Source of the DNA: Utricularia gibba
Taxonomy: Eukaryota > Plantae > Magnoliophyta
Direction: 5' to 3'
DNA: 64,000 bases
Assembly: GCA_002189035.1 (NCBI GenBank)
Contig: CM007989.1
Span: 4,216,001 to 4,280,000, forward strand
Shown here: in pieces, positions 39,554 through 55,327 of the stretch
Numbering within the stretch: the first letter of the stretch is position 1
Layout: every line of letters starts with the position of its first letter
Notes under the pieces: generated by a model
What the model saw: only the letters and a program-made list of their open reading frames with translations
The model's database searches: none
Told to the model about the DNA's origin: nothing
Program-made: the position numbers and the translations under genes

Positions 39554-40266
39554 CTAAATCCTACTAAAAATGAATATATGAAGGAAAATAAAAAATACTA
39601 AATAGGGAATCATAGCAAAAGAAATGAAAACATGTAAATCTCATTATAAAAAAATATTAATTATACAATATATTAAATTGTTTTTTTCAATGGTACAATA
39701 TATTAGATCATTAGTATTCAAATAATCCATGATGTTTTTAAAATTAAAAATTAACCTTGAAAAATGATTTCTAGAGCACAATATTCTTGAAATTATGAAT
39801 AGCTATATACAATAATCCATAACAAATGCAAAGGGAAAGAACAACCTAAAAAGTTAAAGTAGAAATATGGGAAGTAAATTAATAAGGAGTGAATATGTTT
39901 ATTGTATTTTTTGGCATAAAAAAAGCTTTATGTTTTTTAAAATAACTAATGATATTTATTGAACTTCAATGCAATTGAATTTAAAAAATTTAAAATAGAA
40001 ATAAATAAATCATAATTAATTATTAATTTAATTACGACTTAATCATAGTTAAAAAATTTTAAATAAAAAACGAACGATTTAACTGGATTATTCCGTTAAA
40101 ATTGTATTAGGTTTGGTTATAGTATTCAATAGATAGGTTTGGGGTCTTTTTGTACGGTTATTTAAAAACATTGACTGTCCCCCCTCATGGATTTATATTG
40201 ACAATATTCTGAGAAATGGGAAAGTTTGTTTCAAGACAAGGTAGCAGCAGCAGCAGGAGGCGTGTT

Positions 40267-42435
<2,169 letters not shown>

Positions 42436-43907
42436 CTTCTCTAAGAAACTGAAGCCCTCGGCCAGCTGTGGTAATCCTGCTTCATCACAGTAAACGGCAG
42501 TTCATACAGATAAATGGGTCCAGAGTTGCAAAATTCACAAGTAGGAAGTAGGAAAAAAGAATCAGACAACAAAGTTCATTCAATTCTTGACATGTATGGT
42601 ACTCAAGACTTGCATCGACCATAAAAGATTAACGAAAAGCAAAACTAGTAAAACAAGACAGACGCAAAAGAAAGAAAAACACGACGAGGGAGAAGGATGA
42701 TCGCCCAAAACCCAGGAAAGCGCTCTACAGAATCTATACACGTACAGAAAGAGAATCGGATCCGAAGAAACCGACTTTCAACTCGATCATTCGCCGATGC
42801 AAAGAGCAACTAGATCGTGCTGGTAACGGCGGAAAATCCCAGAAACTTCTCAGTTTTGATGATCACTGAAGGCTGCAGAAACAAGTAGATGCATAAGAAT
42901 TTGGAAAGAATCACATCGCTGCAGAAAAGCAGTAACTCCCATTGCCAGTTTGCGAGTAGAAAACTAAATAGAAGCGTGTGCAATGTTCAGCTGCTTCATT
43001 CGTTAGTGAATCGAAAGGGAAGAAATACTCCTCTAATCCTTCAGGTATTTCCGAATATAACACAATTCATCCCCTTCCAATACCAATAGAATCCTCTTCT
43101 CATCGCCAACAACTGCTGCAAGGAACACAAAAACTAGCAGCCAGGTCTACGCAAAAGGAAAGAAATCGCATTGGCGTAAACCGTGTCGAGCATTCGGCCA
43201 ATCGTATTATGCTCCGGAACCATTATCAACTGCCATGCAAACCAAAAAAACCTCCACAACCCAAAACTGAAAAAAGAGAAAAAAATCGAACCACTTGAAC
43301 CAGCCACTGCTCCCATGAAGCACAAACTCAACGGGCGTGACATTTTAGGAGGCACGAGTATGCTCACCCGGCGACATGGGGACCAGAAGGTCCAGAACCG
43401 AGAAACGTGTAACACGCTGGAAGTAGCTGAAGGAGAGAAGACGATGAGAGCAGTGCAACACTGCCTAACGGCTGAACCGCTGCTTCGCTACACATTACTC
43501 TTAGCTTCCAGGTGAACATCCAGCAGCTGAATCGAGGAACCATCAAGGAATCACGGCGGGCGGTATCGGATCGCCCTGGAAGAAGAGGGCTCCGGTTCCC
43601 GCCAAAAATGGAATCGGATAGCACAAGGCCCTCAACCCCATTCATGTACAATTGCAATTGACGCCTATACCCTTCTTCCACACATGACACACAGAGGCGG
43701 ATTCGTTTTGTGGATGGAGTGTATGGTAATCGACTGTAAAAAATGGTGGCACTTTCTCTCAAATATTGAGGCTACAATTGCCTATAAAACATGCAGTCTA
43801 CAATTAATGGGCTTTTATGCCATCCTCATATAACCAAAGGCCAAGAAACAGTTATCTAATATGAACACAAGGACCTCAAAATCAAACACGACAAAATAGG
43901 CACCCCA

Positions 43908-46900
43908 TCACATATCTCGTAGCATCATACCAGATTTAAGGTTGAGCATCACAGTTACCTGATGGTGCGCCTTCGGTCTCGTGTGGGAGGATGGGCGAGA
44001 AGGCTCTGAATCTCCTTCCTCTGCTTTAGAACCTTCCTCTGTTCTCAATAGCTCAGCCGGAGAAGCCTCTGAGGGCTCAACCGTTGGTTCCTCTTGCCCA
44101 TCTGGCTTAGGCGTGGTGCTAGCACATGATGTGGGCTCAGATGGGGATGAAGTGTTTCCCAAGCTGATATGATCTTTAGCAGGCTTGGAGGTGGATGTGA
44201 GCCAGACGAACTGCAGCTTGTGACCTTTCCATGATTTTCCCTGGAGGAATGCTTTCTCTGCGTAATGGCGACTCGTGAATGATACAAGAGCCGATAATCC
44301 AGCTGAGGTTTGAGCATCATTAGCCTCTTCGAGCTCTGAGCCTTCAAGTTCCACTGTTGAAAGCCCACCAAATGTGCTGAAGTGTTCCTCCAAAGCGTTG
44401 ATCTGATGAAACAAATCCACGTGAAAAAATAAGCATGATCATTCACAGGACACATTGAAATAAGCCATTAAACAAGTGAGAAAAATTGTTAAATTTCCCG
44501 GGGTTGGAAACACAAGACAAGTTAGTAAAACACGTAAACCGACTCAATCCCACGAATAATGAACTTTAAAGATGCTTTCAGGAGCAAATAAGTCAGTGAA
44601 TTACGCATGGGGACCAAAACGCAACGGAAAACATACAAGCAAGGGAAGCAAATGTAGGCGTTTTTTTCAAATGAGAAAATAATGAATGAGAACTCTTAAA
44701 AAACGAACCTTCGTGAGCCCAGTGGGCAATGGAGAAACAATCCGGAATGCAGTGGGACGATTGTCCAATTTGAATCTGTTTGCTGCTAAATGTGTCCCAT
44801 GAAATACAGTTGGGATATGGGAAGATACCATTTGCTCCGGCCCCAGTGCAGCACGATCACTGGTAGAAGAGGGTGGCACAGTATTTTCGGTAGAAGCAGC
44901 TTTTCCCACTGCCTCATCTTCCCTTACAGACCCTAATATTTCAGGATCTTGAGGATCTGCTGATAGTTCACCTTGAACGCTGGCCTTGGACTGATCTGAG
45001 ATTGACCCGTTTTTAGGACCTACAGCCTGAAAAAGGAATGAAAATTTTAGGATGCAAAGCAGGTAAACATGCAGAACTCCCTTCAACAAACAACATGGAA
45101 CTTTGACCTATAGGGGGAAGTCACCAATTTCCACACCAAAAATTGTAAAGAAAAATAGGAGATACAAGTCCTAGAAACTCTTATTTTACGATGAAACAAA
45201 TGACCATGGAGTTAGTGAATCTGATGCAGATTGTCTTAAAATTACATATAATCCTTGTATTCCATATCATACACCAATTATGGGATACATTAGAAGGTAT
45301 AAAACGACATCCTGAGATGCAGTTCAAAACCTGTATAAAAACAACATAAGGATAAGAAATTTGAGAATAATACCTTTTTCTCAAGCCTGTCTAGTTGGAG
45401 TTTGAACTCATTTCGTTTTTGTTCAAGCATCTGTTGCTTCTTTCGAAGTTCTTCCTTCAAAAGCTCTAAATTTTCCAACTTCTTTTTCTGAATGGCAGGA
45501 ATTTTGGATGCACTGGAAGTTGGCAGGTTTTGATGATAATTCACAGATGACTGAGCTGCAACATGGGCAAGACCCTCCTTACCACTTGGACTGTAAGGAT
45601 TTACTTTTCCCTTATCAAAACCAATAGGATGTGATGTAGAAGGACTGGGCATCGTCCCATGAGGAACTACTACACCACTAATTCCTTGTTTCCCATCTGG
45701 AATATTATCACGATTTGCCCACCAGAGCTTGATAAACCGATTCCCCATCACAGCATCAGGGGACTTGAGTGCCATTTCTGCTTCTTCTCTTTTTGAAAAC
45801 TGAACAAAAGCCCGTTCACTATTCATGGGAATATAAATGTCAATGACATCACCGAACTTCTGGAAGTGCAAAAGAAGCGCCTCTCTTTTGTTGTCTTTCA
45901 CAGGAATACCATTGACGAATAGTGTGCAAAGAGCCTTCTGAGATGGCTTTTGAATTCGAACATAATTTTTTTCCAATTTATAAGATGATTCCAAACCGTT
46001 TCCATCTACATTAGTCACCATTCCATGGTAAGGAATTTCAGGAAGACCTGTGTTCATTACCTCCACACTTTTACCATTCAGTTTCCTAAAACTAGGCAAA
46101 GTTCCAGTAGAATCAACCTTGTCATGCGTTTCTAAACTACCTTTTGAATAGCGTATGCTACCCCATGCAGATGAACTTTGAGATCCAGCAGCAGTAGTGT
46201 TTCTAACCAAAACCTCATTATTGAAGTCGGCATACGATGGTTCAGTGTTTTGCTGACTAGACACACCAGCATCTGTAAAGGAACCTGCTCCATCCACATT
46301 CGATTTGTCGAGGCCAAGGAGAGCAGTGGATGTTTCAGGGTTGTCATTTGTCAACTGAGGTTGATCGGGATCATACACATCAGAAGCTCCCATGCCACCG
46401 CCATTTAAACTAGGACCATAACTGTTGGCTCCGGTCTTGCCTAGCTTTTTATTGTTTAATGATGAGCCTGAGGAGGCACCCACTCGGGGTACGGCTCCAT
46501 GTCCTACTAGCTGTGGTCCAGGAACCGAAACGGGGAGATTGAATTGAGAAAGGCTCTGCAAATTTTAAAAAGAAGAGTTAAATAAAATCTGATACCTTCA
46601 GTAGTAGAAAGCTTAGCGATTTAGCATCAACCTTAACTAGCTAGATTGAGTTATCTCAAGATTGTTTATCAACCTAGTGAAAGAACCACATCTACTAAGC
46701 CTGTGAAAACTGTCAGAAACTACCACTGACCAAGGAGACTCTGAATCCTAAACATAACTCAAACTGGAGTGCAGTAATGGTGAATTCATCAAGCACTAAA
46801 TGCTCCAGTAAGGAAGCACACAAACAGATAGACACATTGAAAAAAGTAAAGTGCTAAAGTGAAATTTTGAGCGGCCTAATGTATATGATATTTAATTAGA

Positions 46901-47763
46901 TACTAACAGGCACAACAGAATAAAATGCACGCGACGGGAATTTACAGCCAATGTAAATCTCATAAATGACAATTGCTATTTTTTCTTTTTTTAAAAAAGA
47001 AGCAAGCCAACGAAAAACCCATGCCAAAAAGATCATACCGTCTTGTGTGTAAAATTTTATGTACCTGAAAATCATCTACAACAATTCGGTTAATTCCATG
47101 TTCCATTGGGCATATATCCCCTCTCAAGCAAAAACCACGTTCTTCAAAGTCTCTGCATCTTTGCCTTGGAATCCCCATATTCATTTGGGGATTAAACGAT
47201 GGCCCCAGTGCGCCTTGGAGACTTAGGGGATGTAGTGATTCCAAACCACCACTCGGTACTCCAGGAATAAGTCCATATGAGGGCCAAGATGTTGAATTAG
47301 TAACATTTGGCATGCTCCTCCCAGCCAAACCAAGCCTGGGGTCACAGACACCCCAGGGGAAAGGCTCCATTCCTCTACTCCCATTGGCTACTTTACTATA
47401 CGATGGCTGCTTTCCCCTGAATCTTTGTCCCATATCCGAGTGGATACTGGAAAATGGCATATTTGAACGCCTTTTCTCAACCCTTGAGCCAAAATCCCCT
47501 TCAGGATTAAAATAATCTTGGGACTCACTATCTCTGTAAGAATACTCATTTTGAAATGCCCTATTTCTTTTTTGATATGGCCTTTGAAAACCTTGACCGA
47601 GAGGATTCCCCTCTAAAGACTGTGAGCGTCCCTCTCGCCTACGATGCTTATGATTACGGTCATCATCTTCATCTTCTCCTTCACTTATTTCTTGATCCTC
47701 AGGATCACTGGTGCCATCAGAAGATGAGTATCCAGGCTTTTCAGCAGAAACCTTGAGCTCCAT
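43908..47763 (-). CDS. CCCH zinc-finger/RRM protein (C3H41, RBM26/27-like), 4 coding exons; extreme C-terminus uncertain
   Basis: DDDRNHKHRRRE; QRCRDFEERGFCLRGDICPMEHG; RRM LFVNGIP..HFQKFGDVIDIYIP..AFVQF..DAVMGNRFIKLWWANRD; coiled coil KKQQMLEQKRNEF; second RRM LEEHFSTFG..AEKAF..GKSW. Confidence 0.92.
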
Positions 47764-48814
47764 AAGGTGCTTTTAAATAAGCGAATAGATCAGTTTTAAG
47801 TTATCCTCCAAGTATTATGTATCTAGTAACAAAACTGAAGCTTCACAACCTGGAGGAAACATCAAGTGTTTACACTAAATCCAGGAAAACATCTTCATTG
47901 CTAATATTTAAACAATTATGCATCCTCTAATAAGCTCCATTTTGATTTCCATAGCAAGATAGGGCACGAGAAATCACATAAATGCAAGAATGCACTAAAA
48001 CAAAACGAGGTATCAGTAAGTTAAAAGAATAAGTTGGAAAAAACACACAACACACGGCCACTTAACTTCACGATGTTTATAAAAGCCACTATTTTATGAC
48101 ACACAAGAATAGTAAGTACCCACACATCAAAACACAAACTCAAACTCGTAAATGTATATCATTATCATGTTTGGTGAACCAAATAGACTGCCATGAAAGA
48201 ATCACATGGCTAACCATCAACTAAAGAGAACTAAGCAACAAGCGTGTAAAATTTTCCACCAGGAACGCTATCAGAATCAGTTCACCAATGCCTTAACAAG
48301 CAAAAACAACCAAATGGAGTGATCCCGAACAAAGCTAATAAAGGCACTATTGCAAATTTGGGAATCGTCAGTCAAAAGCCTCGAAAAAAACCCCGACAAA
48401 AGGGAAATTTGTAACTCGATAAAAAATAAAACCCATTGTAAACATTTGAAACATTAGCAAGAACGGCAGTTGCACCAGCGAAAAAGTGAAAAAACTAATA
48501 AGAAATCAGAATTCCCGAGAACTCAATCTATTGGATTCAATAACGGAAAAGCCTCCACAAACCTGACGAAATCCGATTTAGCCTAGGGCTTTATTCCTCG
48601 AATCCGAAATTTCAAATATTTAATTCGAGATGAGATCAGTGCTGCCAAATCCCATGACCTTCCTCCCAAAGATTTCAAATACCAAAAGGGTATGTGCCTG
48701 GAACTGCAGTTTCGCTGTACCCGTTGTAGTTCGATTGTTACAACAATGGAGATGCAGAAATCTGCTGATAATTGGGTTTTTACAACGCAACGACGAATCA
48801 ATAAATATGTAGAA

Positions 48815-48901
48815 ATTAATTGGGCCTTGGAAATAACTAATTGGGCCATTATAATTCATCTTGGCCCATTAATTAACACCGCCCAAAAGGCACAGCCCAA
48901 A
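48815..48901. promoter_or_regulatory. Site II (TGGGCY/GCCCA) cluster, likely the promoter of the CCCH-RRM gene
   Basis: ttgggcc x2, ggccca and gcccaaa x2 within about 90 bp, upstream of a long 5'UTR intron-like stretch. Confidence 0.5.
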
Positions 48902-49328
48902 CTCATTTATAAATTCATTAATATTTAAAAATTAAACCATTTTTTATTTTAATACAATTCAATTATAAATTTTATTATTCGACTAAAATATAAAAAAATT
49001 ATATAATCTCATAATTTTTTTGTGAAAATATGTAAAATAAATATATCTTTTTGGATGATTATTATGGCGCATATTCGAGTATTGTGAAGTGCACATTTAT
49101 TTTAAGATAATTTTAATATAAAAATTGGATTATTAAAAATAAATACCACAGAACAAAAGTTCAAATTTATTCAGATATTTCAATTAAACGGAAATCGAAG
49201 GTGACATTAGGTCCTTCGCCATGATGAAACATAGCACACGAGCAAAAAGACAAATTACCCAAATAGAGATGGGCAGCCAAGAGGAACAAGGAAGGGTAAA
49301 TAGGTAATGGCTAGATTCCACCCCCCAC

Positions 49329-51822
49329 TCAAAACACGTACTCCAGCACCGTGTTCCCGGCAGTGGAGCTCAACCACGGCACTTGAACCGCAACCATGAA
49401 GTCTTCGTACGTGAACTCCACGCTCGCTCCATTCAGCTTGCACCAACGTGGCTTCTCCGACGCGAAGACTCTCATCTCACCGCTTCCTTTGACTCCGATC
49501 TTGACGGAGCCGCCGTTGGTATCCAGCGACTGGATAGCGCCGCCGGTGTTAAGCATGTTCACCAGACCGATCGGAGCGAATTGGATGCCTGATCCGGAGA
49601 GGATAGTAACAGGAGAGACGGTTATCAGTTCGAAATCGAAAGGCTTAAGGGAGAGATCTATGGCTCCGGAAGGCTTGGAGAGGATGAGCTTCTTATTTTT
49701 GAAGAGGTACAGAGCAAATATCTTCACTCCTTCCACTGGAATCGGATTATTTCCGTGGCTCCATTCGACATCGGCGGGGCTGGCGGTGGAGAAGACCGTG
49801 TGTGAGTACTCTGACGCGCATTTGTTCCGTCGCTCCTCACGGCTCCATCCGCCGCCTTGGCAATTGAACGCGCCGACAACTCCAGTAAACTGAAATGACC
49901 AAAATCAGAATCATGTTTCACGAAATTGGTAACAAATTGAGAGTGAATCGGTGGTAACCTTGTTGAGATTCCAGATCTTGAGCATGGTTTTGCCGTTGTG
50001 AAGCGGATCCTCGAAGAGGCAATCGCGTGTTGGGTAAGCGAAATGTTCGCATCTGAGAATTTTTCCGTCTGGCAGTGTCAGGCTCTTCAGGAGCGGAAAG
50101 TTGTGTTTCCCGACGGAGTCAGAAACGTAGATCGGGCCGCCGGAGATTGCACGTGATGCGGCGTGGAACTCGGCGCAGGGATGCGTGGACTGGAACATGT
50201 CCCAGTCAGGGTGAATGAAATTAGCCATCCATATGCTGTTGTAGGCGCAGTGCACCATGTGGCATCCTTGCAACCAGAATGTGCCGTTGGGATCTCCTGA
50301 TGGGTCCGTGCACCAAAAATCATCCCCTGGTTCACAAGCACCGCACTTCAGGTAAGCTCATCTTCATACCACTACATTACTTCATATCATAAACTGTATC
50401 ATCTTTATTACCAACGCGACCCAGGGAAATGGTCTCCGTCCCAAGAAACATGAAATCGTTGCAGTGCTCCATGCTGGCGATCACACCATTGCCTTTGAAA
50501 TGCTTCTTGACTGAGGTTGACACCGCCTTGTAGTATGCTTTCCCCAGCTCCACTCTCCCTTCATAGTCCTCACACAACATCTCCAGCAACTGTTTGGAAC
50601 AAGGTAATGATAACAGATCTCAATCCAAACATGATAATCATATTTACTTACGTGTATAACGTCGATTTTGACTCCATCGATTCCGACAGATTCAAGATGA
50701 GCATGCATTCCCTCATACATTTGATCCGCGATTTCCGGGGGACGAGGCCGACGCCGTTGTTGACGATCTTGTCAACAGCCAGGTCTTCCATGGTCGTTTT
50801 AAGGCCAGGAGTGAGTACTGGGGTGATAACCTTGGCCTCGGGGATGCCGGGCACGCCAGGCCTGAGGCCACCCCAGTAGCCACACAGAGCATGCCACACG
50901 TACACAGAATCCACCGTATCGAAGGTTTGCTTAAGGTCACGAATAAAGGCGCCCATTCCCGTATGCGGCCCGGGTCCCGACTTATTCGGGCTGACGTATT
51001 CACGGAACTTGTAGTTTTCCGCGAAACGGATAAGCCGGCAAGGCATCTGCTCACCTGCGGATGTCCGGTTCATCCCCTCCGTCGTCAATGGATCCTCGTC
51101 GTGACAGATGGACTGCCAACCGTCGTCAATCAACACCAGCCCCGGGGGCATCCTCCGTCGACGAGGCCTTTGACGCCGTCCCAAACGCCGTACGGGTGAA
51201 CGGTGAGGTAAAATGCATCCCACGTGCACCACCCAAACTTATCGATGATTGACGGCGGCGTCTTCTCCTCCAGTAAGCGGAAAGTTCCGAGGTGGTGGCG
51301 GATAACTTTCATGGCATCTTTCACCACGGTGAATGGGTCTTCTCCGGCATGCAGGTACAGAACAGAACGAAATGAACTGTCGTTGACTTTGGTGGAGCCA
51401 CTTTCAACGCAGATGTCAATGAAATCGTTAGTTCCGGGCTGGAGAGAAGCCCTGAACTTGCCTTCAATAAGAGGGATGAGTACCACGTAGGGCCTATCAT
51501 CGGACTTGTCAAGAAGCACTATTTGGGTCTCCCTTTCGAGATCGGATCCTTTGGACCCGATCCAGTGGGTTGTCCACCACACCTTGAACCGGAAAATAGA
51601 CATGAACTTGATTCCATCCAGCTTCCCGATCGGTGCAACGTGGTGGCTGGTCGATTGTGCGGCGTCGAACCCTACAAAGGATCCAGAATCCGAGGATTTG
51701 GATGCGGTAATGGTAATATTCGGTGGAACTTGTGAGAGAATGACTTGGCCTTCAACAGTGAGGTTGGAGTCATCCAAAGCAAACACGGAGCCGGAGTTGG
51801 GCTTGGTCATGCATGGAGCCAT
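49329..51822 (-). CDS. RS5: Raffinose synthase (galactinol-sucrose galactosyltransferase 5 type, GH36), 4 exons; apparent -1 frameshift at 51140-51148
   Basis: FMSIFRFKVWWTTHW, KFGWCTWDAFYL, VLIDDGWQS, YVWHALCGYWGG, GIDGVKIDVIH, ASMEHCNDF, PDWDMFQS, SGGPIYVSD; no stachyose-synthase-type insert; TATATAAA on the minus strand at ~51895-51902. Confidence 0.93.
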
Positions 51823-53194
51823 GGCTGACAAATGCACAAGAAAATAAGGAAACAAACGCCCCCCGGTACACCAATTGAGGCGCCCAGATGGAGGTTTATA
51901 TAGAAGGAAACAGATCATAAGGGAATAAAGGGCTGGGAATGTGGAATAAAGTCGCCGCGGTATGTTCTTCCTAAAGGAGAAGTTATATCATTTAACGGGG
52001 AAGCATCTTAAGAAAAGGAAATTGGGATTTATTTCCCAGGTTTGGAAATTGATAATTTGGAACAGAATTCTGAGATAAAAGAGGAGGTACGTATTTACAT
52101 CAAACTCCAGTTTCATTCTAAGTTTCTGCATCATGTGTTGTTAAAAGTGCTCTGGTGCAGTTCTTTGTTTATGACTAGAATCAGAACTAGCACGAGAAAG
52201 TAATATGCAATGTATTCAGCTGTCTCTTTTTCCTTTGATAGACTGATTCTATTTTCAATTCTCCAGGTACCAAATGGTTCGACATATTTAAACTGTAGTG
52301 CATAACCAACTCCAATGTATAGCTTTGAAAGAAAGCCGGGTTTTCACTGGAAGAGAAAAGTGCATCAACTTTCGGGAAGGTGGGTCCCAGCGCCGTGAGT
52401 TTCTTCAACTCCGAAGGGACACCTACCGGTTTATGGGGATGGTTGATTTCCAAGGAGATCAACATTTGTTGGAAGCGGTAAGATTATCCCACTATTTTTC
52501 TCACTTTTTATCTCGATTTTAATGATGGATTTCCCAGTTAAATCAGCACTATCCATTGCTTCAGACGAATCATGTATGGCTTTGTTGCATCGTCGATCAA
52601 ATAACGCCATTTAGTCAAAGAATTGGCCGGCCCCCCTCTCGCCGGTGTTCGAATCTGGATTGCTTTGGATTGGAACTGTTTTTTTGTAAGAACAGATTCC
52701 CATATGATCCAAACTGGACGGAATTTCCTTTCGATGGCAACTTTGCAAATATTCAAAGGTGGATTCACTTAACGAGATGCACAGGCCGTAAAATGGCCAT
52801 CCGGGAATAAAGCTCATCTGATAGCAACTGCACTGCTATAAGGAGAGAGCCACAAAATTTTGTCACCAATCGACCCCGATCGGATCGCCCGATTCGGTTT
52901 CTGAGATGGACTTTCTCTTCCGAAATGCTGGAGGCAATCAGGTGATGCTCATATGGTAGGTAGTGAGCAACCTTCCAGATGGTAAGGTATGGTTGTTGGT
53001 ACATTATTGTGTGTGAACATTTATATGAAGTGAACATTTATATGAAGGGATCATCCTACACTGGACGCAGACTTTGGAAAGTAACGTAACGTAACTCAAG
53101 ACACTGATTTTATTCATCTAGCAATGAAAGGTATGTCAGCTACGTGATCCTTATTGGGGTGTGATGGATCAACTTCTACTTGTTTTCTCTATCT

Positions 53195-55327
53195 TCAATG
53201 ACGTATTACCAAAGCAGACTGCATCAATTAGCAAGTAAAAAGTTACTGGTGGAGTGAAGATCAATGGCTAGCCTGAGAAGAACAGAAGAGACTCACCGTG
53301 TTAAGCAGCCGTAAGGCGGCTGGCCGTGTAAACTTCCTCGCAAAAAGGAAGCATTTTGAGGGATTTCCTTTGCTGGTGCACCATTCCCTTCTGTATTCGG
53401 TCTCGTAGTAGATGTTATCTATGCCCTGTGGATATAAAGCATCCATATCAACACAGATGATGCCCAAGTAACTCCTGTGAACATTCTTTCAGCTCCGAAG
53501 ATGGGACAAGTAACAAGTTTTCTTGATATTAAGACAGGTACCCTTCACCTAAAAAGCATGTTATAAAAATATATCATGACGATTACCATGATGGATTGGA
53601 TCAGCTGCGGTGTAGCATCAGCCAACTTGTAAGTGACAGGGTGCCAACCTCGGCGCTCAGGGTCTCTGGAGGATGAAACGTCCCAAGAGCTGTGTGTCAG
53701 CGACCTTCTAGTGATCTCTGCTTCCAGGCCCCTTAGCTGAGAACGCAACAGGCATGATCAGGATGATGACACTTGAAATCTGCTGGAAATCGACCGGAGT
53801 GGAAGAACTTACAGCAAGTAAGGTCTGAACATAGTGTTCATCAGGTATGCAGTTATGTTCCTTTGATGGATCAATAGGCTGCAATGATCACAAAAAGTTC
53901 CAGAAGTATAAGAGATGTATCAACAGAGGCATTGGCACAAGTCTTAGATAAACAACAGGGATCACTCACAAAGGGTTTGCCTCGCCAAAACTCCGGTAAA
54001 GACCGTTTCTGCTCACACAGGAATGTTGACAGATATTGCTATCAAGTTCAAAATAAGAATGATCGATAATAGAGAGCTGCACTTGCCTTGCAATGCACCT
54101 GGAAAACAGGAAACACAGTTTCATCTTCAACCACTATCTCAGCATGCTTTCTGGTGAGCACAACCCACTGCAACAACGAGGCTCTGCCATTAAACACTGC
54201 GACACTCAAAATACATGTTGAAAGTATGAAGAAGAACACAAACTACCTGAGACCCCTTCCTCCAACTAGAAACAGGAATCACTGGATCCATTCTTGGATT
54301 GTACCGGCTTTCCTTGGTATCAGAAAAGCTGTTTCACAATCTCCCATAAGGACGCATATGGTGCACATGACTTAGGTTCTTGAAAAAAACCTCTAGAGAT
54401 TCAAAAACAAGGATTGGACATTCAGCCGGATTACCTGTCCACAAAGCTGTTTGGGGTAGAAGTAATGTACTCATACGTGTAGCTGAAATTGTAAAGTGGG
54501 ATGCAACTGCACATGGGAAAGAGTAAAACCAGCTGCATCAGCTCCAATAATGGAGATTGAAACTGCAGAGAGGCAACGATGACCTAAACAATGGCTATAG
54601 CAATATCTCCACCTGTCCGAGAGGAAAAGAAATCTCTCATTAAAAGGGTCCATTAGTGCCTTTTGAAGAAGAAGGCGCTCTGCCTGAATCATGCTAGCCT
54701 CTCCCCAATCTACCTAATAAAGCACAGGAGCAAAAGTAAACAGATCTAGGAATGAAGACAGCATAAACCAGCCTCACCAAGAATCCATTGGCCTAAGCAC
54801 AGACTATACCTGAACACTGCCATTGATTTGGCGATTGAGGAAAAATGGTGATCTGGTGGTTGCGGCGTTGAACAAAAACCAGGCCTTGAGTGAACGTAAA
54901 CAGAGAACCTGTTTTCTGCATCACCCTGCAACAAAAGGATATGTGAGCATTGCAGATCTCAGAAGCTGAAGGGGAAAACTGAGCTCAAAAGGCTCTCTTT
55001 CCTTAAACAGCATACCAACAAGGAGTCGACAAGACGAGTACTGAATGCCGGGATCTGACAAAAACTATTTAAAAAAAATGGGGAGAAAAAAAAAACCTGA
55101 AAGAACACATCCCAGACCAAGTCAAGCGGGAGGCGGTTCCGCGCGATGAAAAGAAAAGCAATTTTTGGTTTATGCGAAGGTGGAGATATCAACGCCAGCA
55201 TTTTGATCTTGCTGTACTGTGAATCGACCAATAGAATCATCCCTACACAAAATACAAGTATCAGCGCGGCGAACAGTTTCCTCCTCCATCTGTGGTGCTT
55301 TATCTGAAAACTAGCCCTCCTCTTCAT
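53195..55327 (-). CDS. Core-2/I-branching beta-1,6-GlcNAc-transferase-like (GT14-like/DUF266) type II membrane protein, about 11 exons; apparent -1 frameshift at A5 54874-54878; last exon tentative
   Basis: N-terminal TM segment; KPKIAFLFIARNRLPLD; FSVYVHSRPG; VDWGEASMIQAER; ERFLFLSD|SCIPLY; QWVVLTRKHA; FARKFTRPAALRLL. Confidence 0.88.

Noticed and set aside
43908-44010. Possible extra frameshift in the CCCH-RRM C-terminus (alternative frame HETEGAPSGNCDAQP*)
   Set aside because: The region is poorly conserved, so the correct frame cannot be judged without orthologues.
49383-51847. Long + strand ORFs opposite raffinose synthase (similar ones lie opposite FUC1, AVT1, RUG3 and the AGC kinase)
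   Set aside because: Shadow ORFs of GC-rich coding sequence with no independent motifs.
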